A stretch of 16,628 bases of DNA, from the NCBI GenBank assembly GCA_033762115.1, contig JANRLX010000108.1:1-16628 (forward strand). Direction: 5' to 3'. This DNA is from Verrucomicrobiota bacterium (GTDB lineage Bacteria; Verrucomicrobiota; Verrucomicrobiia; Limisphaerales; SXQI01). The position numbers were made by a program, and so were the translations under genes. Positions 1-8,504 of this stretch are shown here, in pieces (the stretch's first letter is position 1; the number at the start of each line of letters is the position of its first letter). Under the pieces are notes generated by a model. The model had not been told where the DNA came from. It saw only the letters and a program-made list of their open reading frames with translations, and did no database searches.

Positions 1-447
1 AACAAGGAGCAACTGCCCGCGCAGTTCACCTTCAGGAAAGGCAGCGGTGGTGGCGGTGAAGTACATCCGGCCAGCCAATAGATCGGCACGCTGCTCCGAT
101 GTAAGATTAATTGTTCCATCAAAGGATTGTGCTCCAGGAAAGCCAATTGACCCATCGGGAGCTTCCTCCCCTCCCGGTGTCAAAGTCAGCAGTACCGGAC
201 TTAAACTTCCATTTTGCCCGATACTATTCAACTGCACTGCTGCCGGGAGGGCAGGATTTTGTATTCCCAACAAGCCATGAAAACGATTGTTCGGTTCCAG
301 GTAAAATGTTCCATAGCCAATGGCAATACTGGAAGTTGGGGGGGTCATTCCCGCCCCGTCCAAATTCACCCGGAATTCCAAGGTGCCCTGGGCGTGAGCA
401 TTCAAGAAACAGGTCAAAAGGGTGAACAGACAGAACAGTTTTTTCAT
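1..447 (-). CDS. Secreted CHRD-domain-like protein (3' end runs off the left edge; possibly PEP-CTERM-anchored)
   Basis: Not in the ORF track. Hand translation from ATG at 447 is open for 149 codons to the window edge: MKKLFCLFTLLTCFLNAHA-QGTLEFRVNLDGAGMTPPTSSIAIGYGTFYL...LTSEQRADLLAGRMYFTATTAAFPEGELRGQLLLV. Signal peptide ends in AHA; the 'L..G.MY...T.AFP.GELRGQL' ending matches the CHRD domain C-terminus. Starts 12 nt after the stop of the upstream 777-aa gene. Confidence 0.8.
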   Translation of the reverse strand, partial: MKKLFCLFTLLTCFLNAHAQGTLEFRVNLDGAGMTPPTSSIAIGYGTFYLEPNNRFHGLLGIQNPALPAAVQLNSIGQNGSLSPVLLTLTPGGEEAPDGSIGFPGAQSFDGTINLTSEQRADLLAGRMYFTATTAAFPEGELRGQLLLV

Positions 448-459
448 AACGGTTAATGG

Positions 460-2793
460 TTAATATTTTGTGCGAAAGAAACGGTATGGAAAGTTGGTGG
501 TGACTGCATTGGTGAAGGTAAAAGGAGCAATGTTCGTGCTCACTGCCACCCAGTTCGTCAAGTTGGTGCTGGCTTCAATGATATAGGTGTAACCAGTGAC
601 CCCATCATTAAAGAAACGGAAGGAATTATTGGTGTAATTAAATGCTTCGAGGGTGGCTGCGGCAGTGGAGTAAACGGTCAGGTAAGCATTACTGCTGGTA
701 TTAGACCCACCGAAATTGGAAGCCACTACTGAATAAGTCCCCGCATGGCCAGCCTGGGCGTTGTTGATGGTGTAAGTGGAGGAAGTGGCCCCTGAAATAT
801 TGACCCCATTCTTCCTCCATTGATAGGTGGGAGCGGGAAGGCCGATTGCAGTCGAACTGAATGTGATTGACTGACCGACCACCACGCTGGAGGGAACGGG
901 TTGGGTGACAATTTCCGGAGTGAGCGCCTGTATCCAGCGGAGGACCACTTCCCCATCCCAATTTTTTGTGCTGAGAGCAATTTTATACGTGGTGTTGGAA
1001 GTAGCGTTAAAGGTCAGGCTGCTCAGGGGAACGCGCCCATCATCATTGCTGGTGACGAGTGTCAGGTTCGTGATGGAGCTTCCGGTATAAACAGCCAGGG
1101 TAGTGTCCAGGTAACCGGCTGAAGAGATCAGAGTGGTGAAGTTGACATTCCCATTCGTGGGAGCAGTCCAGGAATACCAGATGGAGGGTGTATTGGTGAA
1201 CCCGAGATGGTTTGGCTCCCCGGTATCCAGGGTAGCGCGAATGGTGGTGTTTGTGTTGGTGCCGGTAAAACCGGAGATGGCAAGGGCATTGGTGAAGTGA
1301 TCATTACTCGGCACCTGGACGCTGACTTTTCCCCACCAGGTGGACCATCGTCCGCTGTTATTTACTAAATCTCCAACGTGGGGCAGTGAATATTCCTGGA
1401 TGGTCCAGAGATCGGCGTCATTAATCGGATCGACACAGGCCGCACTGTAATCCCCCCAACGGTTACGCGTATCAACCCTGGTTTTCCAATAGGCCCCCTC
1501 ACCCGCTTTCAAGGTGCCCATCGGCCGAAGAGTGCCCGCAGGATCGGTAAAGGCCCTGAAGGCGTAACCTGCGCTGGGGTGCATATTACTGGAAAACATG
1601 GCGAACCCGAGCAGCATATCATTGTGGCGGTTTACGGCGATGGAAGGATAGGCACAGTACATTGCCTGGCTGCCTATCCTGTGAACCTGAAGCGGTCTGC
1701 CATCCAAATCGATCTGCCACCATTGCACAGCACTGTATGGGGTGATTCCGGTGGAGGCCAGCGGCATGAAAATGGTATGGGTGGTCCACAAGGTCCCGTT
1801 GCGCATGAGCACAGATTGAATGCGAGAATCCCCCACATGCAGGTTTTGGGTTGTATTGGTTTGAGGCGCCAGGTTTGAGGTGCCTGAAGTCCCGCGCCAT
1901 GGATCGGTTTTTGGATAAATATCTGTCACTGTAAAAACGGGAGAAGAAGGAGTCCCGGTCATTTTGCTCATGCGAATTGTCCCTGAAGCAGGGCTTGAAT
2001 GTTGCAGGAAATATAATGTTTCCTCCTCCCGGTCATAAGTCAGGGCAGGAACCAGGTAAGGGTTGGCAGAAGGGGAAATGACTGTATGATTCGTCCCGCC
2101 TGAGAAAACATTTGTGCGATTAAAGGCCCAAACCTTGGGAATTCCCGCATCAGCGCCACTATTGAGCAACATGACTGCGGAAACCACAATCCAGTTTTTA
2201 TTAAATCCAAGATAAGGAAAATCAGCCCAGCGGGTGTTTGTATCATCCACATCAAGCTTGATGCGGTACCAGGCACCCAGGGGGTCGCTGGTTTGTGAAA
2301 CTGCAAACAAAATTGCGGATGAAGCTGACTGCGCATCAGCAACGGCAGTTGCGATCCATCGGTGAGCAAAGGGGTCGTAAATCAAACGAGGGTCAAAAGC
2401 GCTGCTTGAAAAAATGACCCCACCAGTCCCATTGGTCCAGAAATGATTCAAAGACATGGTGCTGTAATTGGTGGTGCCGTCTCGATTTTGAATACGCACC
2501 TCGGTGTTGAGCATGGTAACGATATGGTTCAACCCGACTGCCCCGTGAGTGTCTGGGGGGTTCCTCACATCATTATCCGGCAGCGCCTGAAAGCTGGCCG
2601 ACAGTCCTGGTGTTCCGGGCCCCAGGCTGAATGGAACGGTGGGGTAATCCCACTGCTCCATGACGATGGCGTTGGTGGGCAGGTCGTATTCCACTATTTC
2701 CTGGTACGGAGTGACTTCAAGGGCGTGCAGGAGAACGCCACTTGCCAGCAGCCCCAATACGAATACCCAGGAGAGAACCTGATTTGCCTTCAT
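460..2793 (-). CDS. Secreted multidomain protein: uncharacterised N-terminal beta-rich (propeller-like) domain, PPC-like module, Ig-like domain, conserved C-terminal tail
   Basis: 777-aa ORF with signal peptide (MKANQVLSWVFVLGLLASGVLLHA). N-terminal domain carries PPDTHGAVG, DPRLIYD, DFPYLG and RWGDYS motifs. SNDHFTNA...GEPNH...SIWYSWTAP...DTTLAVYTG...SNDD module at ~930-1311. Ig-like PEIVTQP...YQWRKNG...AGTYSVVASN at ~676-918. Tail is YIIEASTNLTNW...YRFFR. The CDS is secure; the function is not. Confidence 0.88.
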   Translation of the reverse strand: MKANQVLSWVFVLGLLASGVLLHALEVTPYQEIVEYDLPTNAIVMEQWDYPTVPFSLGPGTPGLSASFQALPDNDVRNPPDTHGAVGLNHIVTMLNTEVRIQNRDGTTNYSTMSLNHFWTNGTGGVIFSSSAFDPRLIYDPFAHRWIATAVADAQSASSAILFAVSQTSDPLGAWYRIKLDVDDTNTRWADFPYLGFNKNWIVVSAVMLLNSGADAGIPKVWAFNRTNVFSGGTNHTVISPSANPYLVPALTYDREEETLYFLQHSSPASGTIRMSKMTGTPSSPVFTVTDIYPKTDPWRGTSGTSNLAPQTNTTQNLHVGDSRIQSVLMRNGTLWTTHTIFMPLASTGITPYSAVQWWQIDLDGRPLQVHRIGSQAMYCAYPSIAVNRHNDMLLGFAMFSSNMHPSAGYAFRAFTDPAGTLRPMGTLKAGEGAYWKTRVDTRNRWGDYSAACVDPINDADLWTIQEYSLPHVGDLVNNSGRWSTWWGKVSVQVPSNDHFTNALAISGFTGTNTNTTIRATLDTGEPNHLGFTNTPSIWYSWTAPTNGNVNFTTLISSAGYLDTTLAVYTGSSITNLTLVTSNDDGRVPLSSLTFNATSNTTYKIALSTKNWDGEVVLRWIQALTPEIVTQPVPSSVVVGQSITFSSTAIGLPAPTYQWRKNGVNISGATSSTYTINNAQAGHAGTYSVVASNFGGSNTSSNAYLTVYSTAAATLEAFNYTNNSFRFFNDGVTGYTYIIEASTNLTNWVAVSTNIAPFTFTNAVTTNFPYRFFRTKY

Positions 2794-2969
2794 GCCATTT
2801 AAATAAAATGAAAAAATTTGGGAGAGAGCAAGATAATAAGTTGTCCGGGTGCCTTTATATGAGTTTTGAAGCTCTAAAATTTATTTAAAATGTCTCATCA
2901 TTAGCCAATACGGACAGGCAAGGGCAAATCTTTCAAAAACTTAAAAAATTTATCAGTGGCATTTTAAGG

Positions 2970-2998
2970 GTGACGAGCGGACGGGTGCGTTCCAAAAT
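2970..2998 (+). promoter_or_regulatory. Candidate sigma70-type promoter for the GreA/B-family gene
   Basis: GTGACG (2970-2975) - 17 nt - CAAAAT (2993-2998), 6 nt before ATG 3005, with an AT-rich tract upstream. Confidence 0.4.
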
Positions 2999-3004
2999 AG
3001 GAGG

Positions 3005-3490
3005 ATGCGGATTGAGAAGAAGCGAGTGCAAAAGAGGATCATCGATGCATTGGGGAAGGAGCTTGAGCTTTATTTTCGTGCGGCAAAGGCGGCGCATGCG
3101 GAGGCGACGCATGAGCAGAGCAAAGCGGAAAATAAATATGACACCAGGGGGCTGGAGGCTTCCTACCTGGCGCGGGGTCAATCACGGCAGGCGGCGGAAC
3201 TGGAGCAGTCGATTGCGTATTTCGAAAAGTTGACGCTGCGGGATTTTACGGAGCAGGATGGAATCGACCTGACAGCGGTGGTGGAACTGGAAAGCAAGGG
3301 GGAGAAAGCGTTTTATTTCCTGGCGCAACGGGGCGGTGGGACGGAGGTGGAACTGGATAAAAGAGAGATGCTGGTGATCACGCCGCAATCGCCGCTGGGA
3401 CAGGAGATGATGGGGAAGCGAGTGGGAGATAAAGTGACGTTGCAGCTGGAAGGGAAAAAGAACGTTTACAAGATCGTGCAGGTGTTCTGA
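3005..3490 (+). CDS. GreA/GreB-family transcription factor (non-canonical, ENKYDT subtype)
   Basis: 161 aa. N-terminal coiled coil with EATHEQSKAENKYDTRGLEASYLA tip; C-terminal Gre domain motif VITPQSPLGQEMMGKRVGD. Confidence 0.85.
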   Translation: MRIEKKRVQKRIIDALGKELELYFRAAKAAHAEATHEQSKAENKYDTRGLEASYLARGQSRQAAELEQSIAYFEKLTLRDFTEQDGIDLTAVVELESKGEKAFYFLAQRGGGTEVELDKREMLVITPQSPLGQEMMGKRVGDKVTLQLEGKKNVYKIVQVF

Positions 3491-3511
3491 TTATAATCCG
3501 GTAAATAATTT

Positions 3512-3730
3512 CTAGTCCTCCGGTTTGTCGAGGTATTCGCCGGGGGGAAGATTTTCAAATTCGCGGAAGTGTTCAGGGCGGAGGGGGTCTGAAATTTTAT
3601 TTTCCTCGGTGAACCATTTGCCAAGGTCCACCAGGCGGCAGCGGCGGGAACAGAAGGGGCCGTAATCTGTTTCAAACCAGTTTCCCTCGGTTTTGCAGGT
3701 GGGGCATTTGTTGGGTCGCGGTTGTGTCAC
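3512..3730 (-). CDS. yacG: DNA gyrase inhibitor YacG
   Basis: 72 aa, GTG start. Zinc-finger CPTC...PFCSRRCRLVDLGKWFTEENKI is the YacG signature. Confidence 0.92.
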   Translation of the reverse strand: MTQPRPNKCPTCKTEGNWFETDYGPFCSRRCRLVDLGKWFTEENKISDPLRPEHFREFENLPPGEYLDKPED

Positions 3731-3736
3731 GCTGCC

Positions 3737-3742
3737 AATGTA
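3737..3742 (-). promoter_or_regulatory. Candidate -10 element for yacG
   Basis: TACATT on the minus strand, 6 nt upstream of the GTG start; no Shine-Dalgarno and no convincing -35. Confidence 0.35.
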
Positions 3743-3786
3743 ATACAGGAGGGGGAAAATTTAAAAGGGTGGAACCGGAAGAGTGA

Positions 3787-6700
3787 TCACGGTTCAGAGC
3801 GACCGAGCTGCTCGTAATATTTATTCACGAGTTCTGAATATTTTTGCGGGACAGGGTCACGATCCACAGGAACGATGGCTTCCTTGTTTTCGATCCGGGC
3901 GAGTTGTTCGGCGACGCGGGAGCGAATGGCCTTGAGGGGATCGATGAGTTCGAGTTGAACCATGTCGCGATTGGGTTCCTTGCTGTGGCGTTTGTATTCG
4001 CTGCGCATGGAGCGGGCGCGGTCAAGGACACGAGCGACGTCGTTGCGGAGTTCATCGCTTTCGAGCATTTCTTCAACATCGCGAAGCCGATCGGACCATT
4101 CGGCAAAATTTTCACCGGTGATGGGGCCTTCCTCGCCGCTGCCGGGACCACCGGCCCGGGTGCCATTGCCGCCGCGATTTGGGAGCTGGTCAAAGAAGCG
4201 GGATTGAGGATTGCGGTTTTGGTTTCCATTTCCAGCGCGTTCGCCGGGCTGGCCCTGGCCATTTCCCTGTTCCCTGCCCTCTCTTTGCGCCTGACCCTGG
4301 CCTTCCCCCTCTCCTTGTTGCTGGGAGGAATTGTTTTGAGCGGTGCTTCTTCCCTGGGAACCAGGCTGTTCCTGATTATCATCATTCCTGTTGCTGGATG
4401 GTTGCTGTCCCCCGGAGGAGGCGTTGGCCTGAGATGATTGACGGGACTGGGAATTTTCAGCGGATTGAGACGGAGAGGGATTTTGACCATTACGCGGGTT
4501 GGAACCGGGTTCCTGATTGGGAGCAGGTGCGGCTTCACGAGCGGCCTCGGAGGTGAGCTCATCAAGGGTGTTCTGGGCGAGCCGGAGTGATTCGGCTTCG
4601 TCGCCGAGGACGGCCCCGGCAGCACGTTCGATTCCCTGCTGCAACTCCTTGATTTGTTGGGTAGCTTTTCCTTCGAATTCGAGGGCCTGACGGGTAAAGC
4701 TGCGATTGAGCAGTTCTGAGGTCATTTCGAGTTGCTGCGGGATGTTGCCCTGATCGGTGCGGCGCAAGGTTTCATAAAGCTGGCGGGAAAGGAGCGGTTC
4801 GGAAGCTTCCGCGTTCTGGGTGAGTTCGCGCATGCCGGAGAGAAGATTGGTGAGTTGCTGCTGTTGTTGTTCCAGTTGATTGAGGGCCTGTTGCTTTTGA
4901 TCGAGGGTATCAAGCTTTTTAGCGTCGGGTGAAGAAAGCTGAGCGATCTGGTCATGCAATTTCTGCTGGCCCTCGGCGAGGTCGCGGGCCTGTTGGCGCA
5001 TTTCGCGGAGTTCATCCTTGAAACCGCTGGCGGCTTCCTTACGGAGATCCTCGCTCATTTTTTTCAGGTCACGCTGGGTGCGTGAGGCGGAAGTGAGGGC
5101 CTCGGAAGTGTTCCCTCCCTGAAGGGATTGTTCGGTGTTGCGAGCCTGTTCGCGGGTTTTTTCGAGTTGTTGCCGGGCCTCAGCCATGCGGGACTGATTT
5201 TCAGGACTGTTCATGCGCTGGCCGACTTCATCCATGTCCTGGACGAGTTCCTGTTGCTCCTCCTGAAGCCGTTTGAGTTTGCGGCGAAGCTCCTCTTCCC
5301 GGGCCTGGTCAGGAGCAGCCTGCAATGCAGCCTGAAGCTCCTTGATCTGCTCGGCGATGTCCTGCTGGCGACGGGCAAGTTCGCGAAGGCGATTGAGAAC
5401 TTGAAGTTGTTCGCGAGTTTCGGCGTTTTGCTGCTGGGAACGGGCCTGGCTTTGGGTTTCGTAGCGATTGGCTTCCTCCTTGAGTTCCAATTGATCGAGT
5501 TGCTGCTGGTTGCCGCTTTCACCGCCGCCGCCACCACGACCGGCGCGCTGGCGAGAAACCTGATATTCACGGGCTTGAAGACGGAGGAGGGCCTGGTAGG
5601 CGCTGCGTTCAGAAGCCAGGGCCGGGGAAAGGTCCGTTGATTTCGCATCGCGAACTTCATCGAGACGCTCGACAGCGAGTTTCATTTGATGGACGGCTTC
5701 CTCGGCAAAGGTCTTGAGCTTGGGATTGCGCATTTTGTCCTGAAGCTCACCCGCGAGTTGAAGGGCTTTTTCCTGGGAGGAATGAATGGTTTCCAAATCC
5801 TTGCTGGCGGCAAGTTTTTTGGAGGAAGTTGCAGCATTGCGATGGAGATTCCACGTGGCGCTGATGATTTCCTTCTGGATTTTTACCAATTCGGCGGATT
5901 CGCCACCCTGCTGCTGTTGCTGGCTTTCATCCCCCTGGCTCTGGTCTGACTGGCCCTGGCGGAAGAGTTCGTCAAAATGGCGAATCTCGGCGAAAAACAT
6001 ATCGCTGGAATGCTGGCGAACCTGGCCATCGGGTCCCTTGTCCTCAGCCCAGAGAAAATAGGAAACCAACTGGTCCGGTTCGGTCTTGAACTGTTCCAAA
6101 GGAAAAAGGTGAGAGAGGGGGCGTTTCTCGAAGGCTTTGCCTCCCGTGCCAAGTTTCAGAAGTTTGGGATCTTCACCGCCGACGGCAAAGCCGATTCCGT
6201 AATTGAGGAGACCGAAATCATCCTCAGCGTTTCCTTCGACGAGGAATTCTTCCAGAGGACTGACTTTCTGGTCTCCTTTGGGAAAAGCGAATTTGAGGTT
6301 GGGCAATTTATTGGGAGTGGCTTCGAGGACGAACTGGATCGGGATTTTGTTGGTGCGGCTGGCTTCATCGATGAGCTCCAGGTCGAGTTTGCGGTTACGA
6401 TCCATGCGAAGGCGGGTCTGGTAAATGGCAGCGGAAAGATTGGTGAGGGTGATCACCGGTTTGCCGTTCTCAAGGAGACGCGCGAGACGAACCGGTTTGT
6501 TCAAATAGAACGTGTAATCCAGGTCGGAGCCTTCGACAGCAGTGACGCGACGCGTATTTTCGAATTTTTTGGGTTGAAGTTCGGTATAAGCGGGAAAAGT
6601 GAGGTTGGCATCGGCCTTTTGCAGTTCCGGAAAATCGAACACCTTGATCCTGAACTCCGCAGTCTGTGAGGAGTCGTAAATGATCTTGTAAGTAAACCCT

Positions 6701-7431
6701 TCGCGGACAGAGTCAATGGTGCCGCCGAAGGAGGAATCCTTGAGGGCGCGAGCCAGTGGAATGGTTTGCTGGGAACCGTTATCGAACTGAAGCTGCAACC
6801 GGGCGGTGGTGGGGACTGAACTGAAAAAATCGGCGCTGATGGCAAGCGGGGTGCCCCTTTCAATGGAAGCGTTGCCGGGAATGACCTCGACGCCGCCGGT
6901 AAGCCGCGCCAGGGAGAAACGGGAGCGTGGGATTGGTTGGGCGGCAAGATAGGAAAGGAGAAGGAGCAATGAGATAAAACTGAGGAGATGAGCGGCTTGA
7001 ATCCAGCGGAGGCGGCGGAGAAAACGGAGATGCCACTGGCCCTGCTGGTAGCGGACAAGGGCCTCGCTGAGGAGCTGGGCCTGAAGGAAATTCAGGGTGC
7101 CGAGGCCGACTTTCTCGATTTCCTCCACGGCAGCAAGGAGGAGGGAATTGAGGCTGGGATCTGTGGATTCAATTTTTTTGGCAATTCCCTTGAGACCGGG
7201 ATCGTTACGGCGGACCTTGAGGAGGTGGAAAAACGCCCAGAGGAACCCTCCTCCGATGATGAGAGTATAAATGAGCGGGGAGCTTGACCCGGTGGCCTTA
7301 AAAATAAAGTGAGCGGCGAGGCAAAGGAGAAAAAGGGTGGTCCAGCAGATGGTGAAGCCGAGGAAAAGCGACCAGCGACGCTGAAATCTGGTGAGCTTTA
7401 ACAGCTCGGACCTAAGAAAGTGCTGGTTCAT
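3787..7431 (-). CDS. Large membrane-anchored coiled-coil protein (DUF4175-like)
   Basis: 1214 aa. About three N-terminal hydrophobic helices, beta-rich middle with AEDDFGL and YFLWAED motifs, long Q/E/L/R-rich coiled coil, Q/G/N/S low-complexity stretch (~4125-4530), and C-terminal DRDPVPQKYSELVNKYYEQL. The family assignment is from recalled similarity, not a search. Confidence 0.8.
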   Translation of the reverse strand: MNQHFLRSELLKLTRFQRRWSLFLGFTICWTTLFLLCLAAHFIFKATGSSSPLIYTLIIGGGFLWAFFHLLKVRRNDPGLKGIAKKIESTDPSLNSLLLAAVEEIEKVGLGTLNFLQAQLLSEALVRYQQGQWHLRFLRRLRWIQAAHLLSFISLLLLLSYLAAQPIPRSRFSLARLTGGVEVIPGNASIERGTPLAISADFFSSVPTTARLQLQFDNGSQQTIPLARALKDSSFGGTIDSVREGFTYKIIYDSSQTAEFRIKVFDFPELQKADANLTFPAYTELQPKKFENTRRVTAVEGSDLDYTFYLNKPVRLARLLENGKPVITLTNLSAAIYQTRLRMDRNRKLDLELIDEASRTNKIPIQFVLEATPNKLPNLKFAFPKGDQKVSPLEEFLVEGNAEDDFGLLNYGIGFAVGGEDPKLLKLGTGGKAFEKRPLSHLFPLEQFKTEPDQLVSYFLWAEDKGPDGQVRQHSSDMFFAEIRHFDELFRQGQSDQSQGDESQQQQQGGESAELVKIQKEIISATWNLHRNAATSSKKLAASKDLETIHSSQEKALQLAGELQDKMRNPKLKTFAEEAVHQMKLAVERLDEVRDAKSTDLSPALASERSAYQALLRLQAREYQVSRQRAGRGGGGGESGNQQQLDQLELKEEANRYETQSQARSQQQNAETREQLQVLNRLRELARRQQDIAEQIKELQAALQAAPDQAREEELRRKLKRLQEEQQELVQDMDEVGQRMNSPENQSRMAEARQQLEKTREQARNTEQSLQGGNTSEALTSASRTQRDLKKMSEDLRKEAASGFKDELREMRQQARDLAEGQQKLHDQIAQLSSPDAKKLDTLDQKQQALNQLEQQQQQLTNLLSGMRELTQNAEASEPLLSRQLYETLRRTDQGNIPQQLEMTSELLNRSFTRQALEFEGKATQQIKELQQGIERAAGAVLGDEAESLRLAQNTLDELTSEAAREAAPAPNQEPGSNPRNGQNPSPSQSAENSQSRQSSQANASSGGQQPSSNRNDDNQEQPGSQGRSTAQNNSSQQQGEGEGQGQAQREGREQGNGQGQPGERAGNGNQNRNPQSRFFDQLPNRGGNGTRAGGPGSGEEGPITGENFAEWSDRLRDVEEMLESDELRNDVARVLDRARSMRSEYKRHSKEPNRDMVQLELIDPLKAIRSRVAEQLARIENKEAIVPVDRDPVPQKYSELVNKYYEQLGRSEP

Positions 7432-7526
7432 GCAGACTGACCCAAAGATTGTTTACACCTGTTGTGTTCATTTGCCAATGGAGATGGTGCAGTAATTGGA
7501 AAAAAACGTGCATTTGGCCACGTTCA

Positions 7527-7537
7527 TGCTATAAATT
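7527..7537 (+). promoter_or_regulatory. Candidate (extended) -10 element for the HD-domain gene
   Basis: TGCTATAAATT lies 5 nt before ATG 7543 (TGn-TATAAA or TAAATT readings). Confidence 0.4.
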
Positions 7538-7542
7538 CATCA

Positions 7543-8394
7543 ATGTTTCCTCCGGTGGACACTAAAAGCCCGGCCGCAACTGGCGCCGAGGTGGGTTCCA
7601 TTTATCTGGCGATGTTTCCTTCGGGGAATCGACAGTTTGTTGAGAACGCGTTCAAATGGGCGACTGATTGTTTCACAGGCCGCTACTCGGATTACCTCCC
7701 TATTGATGCGCGTTACCATGACTTTGAGCACACATTACAAGGGACGCTCTGCCTGGCGCGATTGTTACACGGGTATCATCATGCGGGGGAAAAGCCGGAG
7801 CTGACACAACGGAAGTTCGAACTGGGATTGCTGGCGATCCTGCTGCATGACACCGGTTACCTGAAACATCACGATGACCAGGAAGGAACGGGGGCGAAAT
7901 ACACGATGACGCATGTGGTGCGGAGTGTGGAGTTCGCAGGACAGTTGCTCAGGGAGAAAGGATATTCGATGGAGGATATCCAGACGGTGCAGAACATGAT
8001 TCGCTGCACCGGGGTGAATGTGGACTTGACGAGGATCCCGTTTCGCACTGACCTTGAGCGAAAAGTGGCCTATGCGCTGGGCACAGCGGATTTGCTGGGG
8101 CAGATGGCGGCGGATGATTATATTGATAAGCTGGGGATTCTTTACACTGAGTTTGAGGAAGCAGCGCAGTATTCCGGCAAAGGGGCAAATGCCGGGCCAT
8201 TCACGAGTGAAGAGGATTTGAAACGGAAAACGCCGGTGTTTTGGGAAAAATATGTGATTCCGAAGATCAATGGTGATTTTCAGGGGTTGCACCGATTCCT
8301 GGGGAGGCCGGAACCGCAGGAGGATCATCTTTACCTGGAAAAAATCCGTGCGAACCTTTCCCGGTTGCAGGAAAGCCTGCAAGCCGCGGCGTAA
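7543..8394 (+). CDS. HD-domain metal-dependent phosphohydrolase
   Basis: Motifs YHDFEHT, LLHDTGY, THVVRS and ADLLGQMA...EF give the H...HD...H...D metal-ligand set. The start is placed at ATG 7543 (MFPPVDT) rather than the ORF-track TTG at 7462, which would consume the divergent promoter region. Confidence 0.85.
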   Translation: MFPPVDTKSPAATGAEVGSIYLAMFPSGNRQFVENAFKWATDCFTGRYSDYLPIDARYHDFEHTLQGTLCLARLLHGYHHAGEKPELTQRKFELGLLAILLHDTGYLKHHDDQEGTGAKYTMTHVVRSVEFAGQLLREKGYSMEDIQTVQNMIRCTGVNVDLTRIPFRTDLERKVAYALGTADLLGQMAADDYIDKLGILYTEFEEAAQYSGKGANAGPFTSEEDLKRKTPVFWEKYVIPKINGDFQGLHRFLGRPEPQEDHLYLEKIRANLSRLQESLQAAA

Positions 8395-8504
8395 TCATTA
8401 TTGAGGCCGGGGCAAAGCTGTCGATCAGGCTTCCGTTTCATTTTCTTCCTGACCTTCAAAAGGCCGCCCAGTGGACGGCAATTCATTTTCAGGCATATTG
8501 GCTC

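Noticed and set aside
47..456. Plus-strand ORFs 47..280, 111..425 and 214..456
   Set aside because: Antisense shadows of the CHRD-like gene on the minus strand.
3825..7287. Long alternative-frame and antisense ORFs within the 1214-aa gene (e.g. 3825..4625, 3844..4437, 5977..6669, 6501..7058)
   Set aside because: They lie fully within a coherent CDS, have no recognisable motifs, and have the composition expected of shadow frames in GC-rich DNA.
7462..7542. N-terminal extension of the HD gene (and likewise argJ 11997-12032)
   Set aside because: These are longest-ORF TTG starts overlapping promoter space or the upstream gene; the downstream ATGs fit better.
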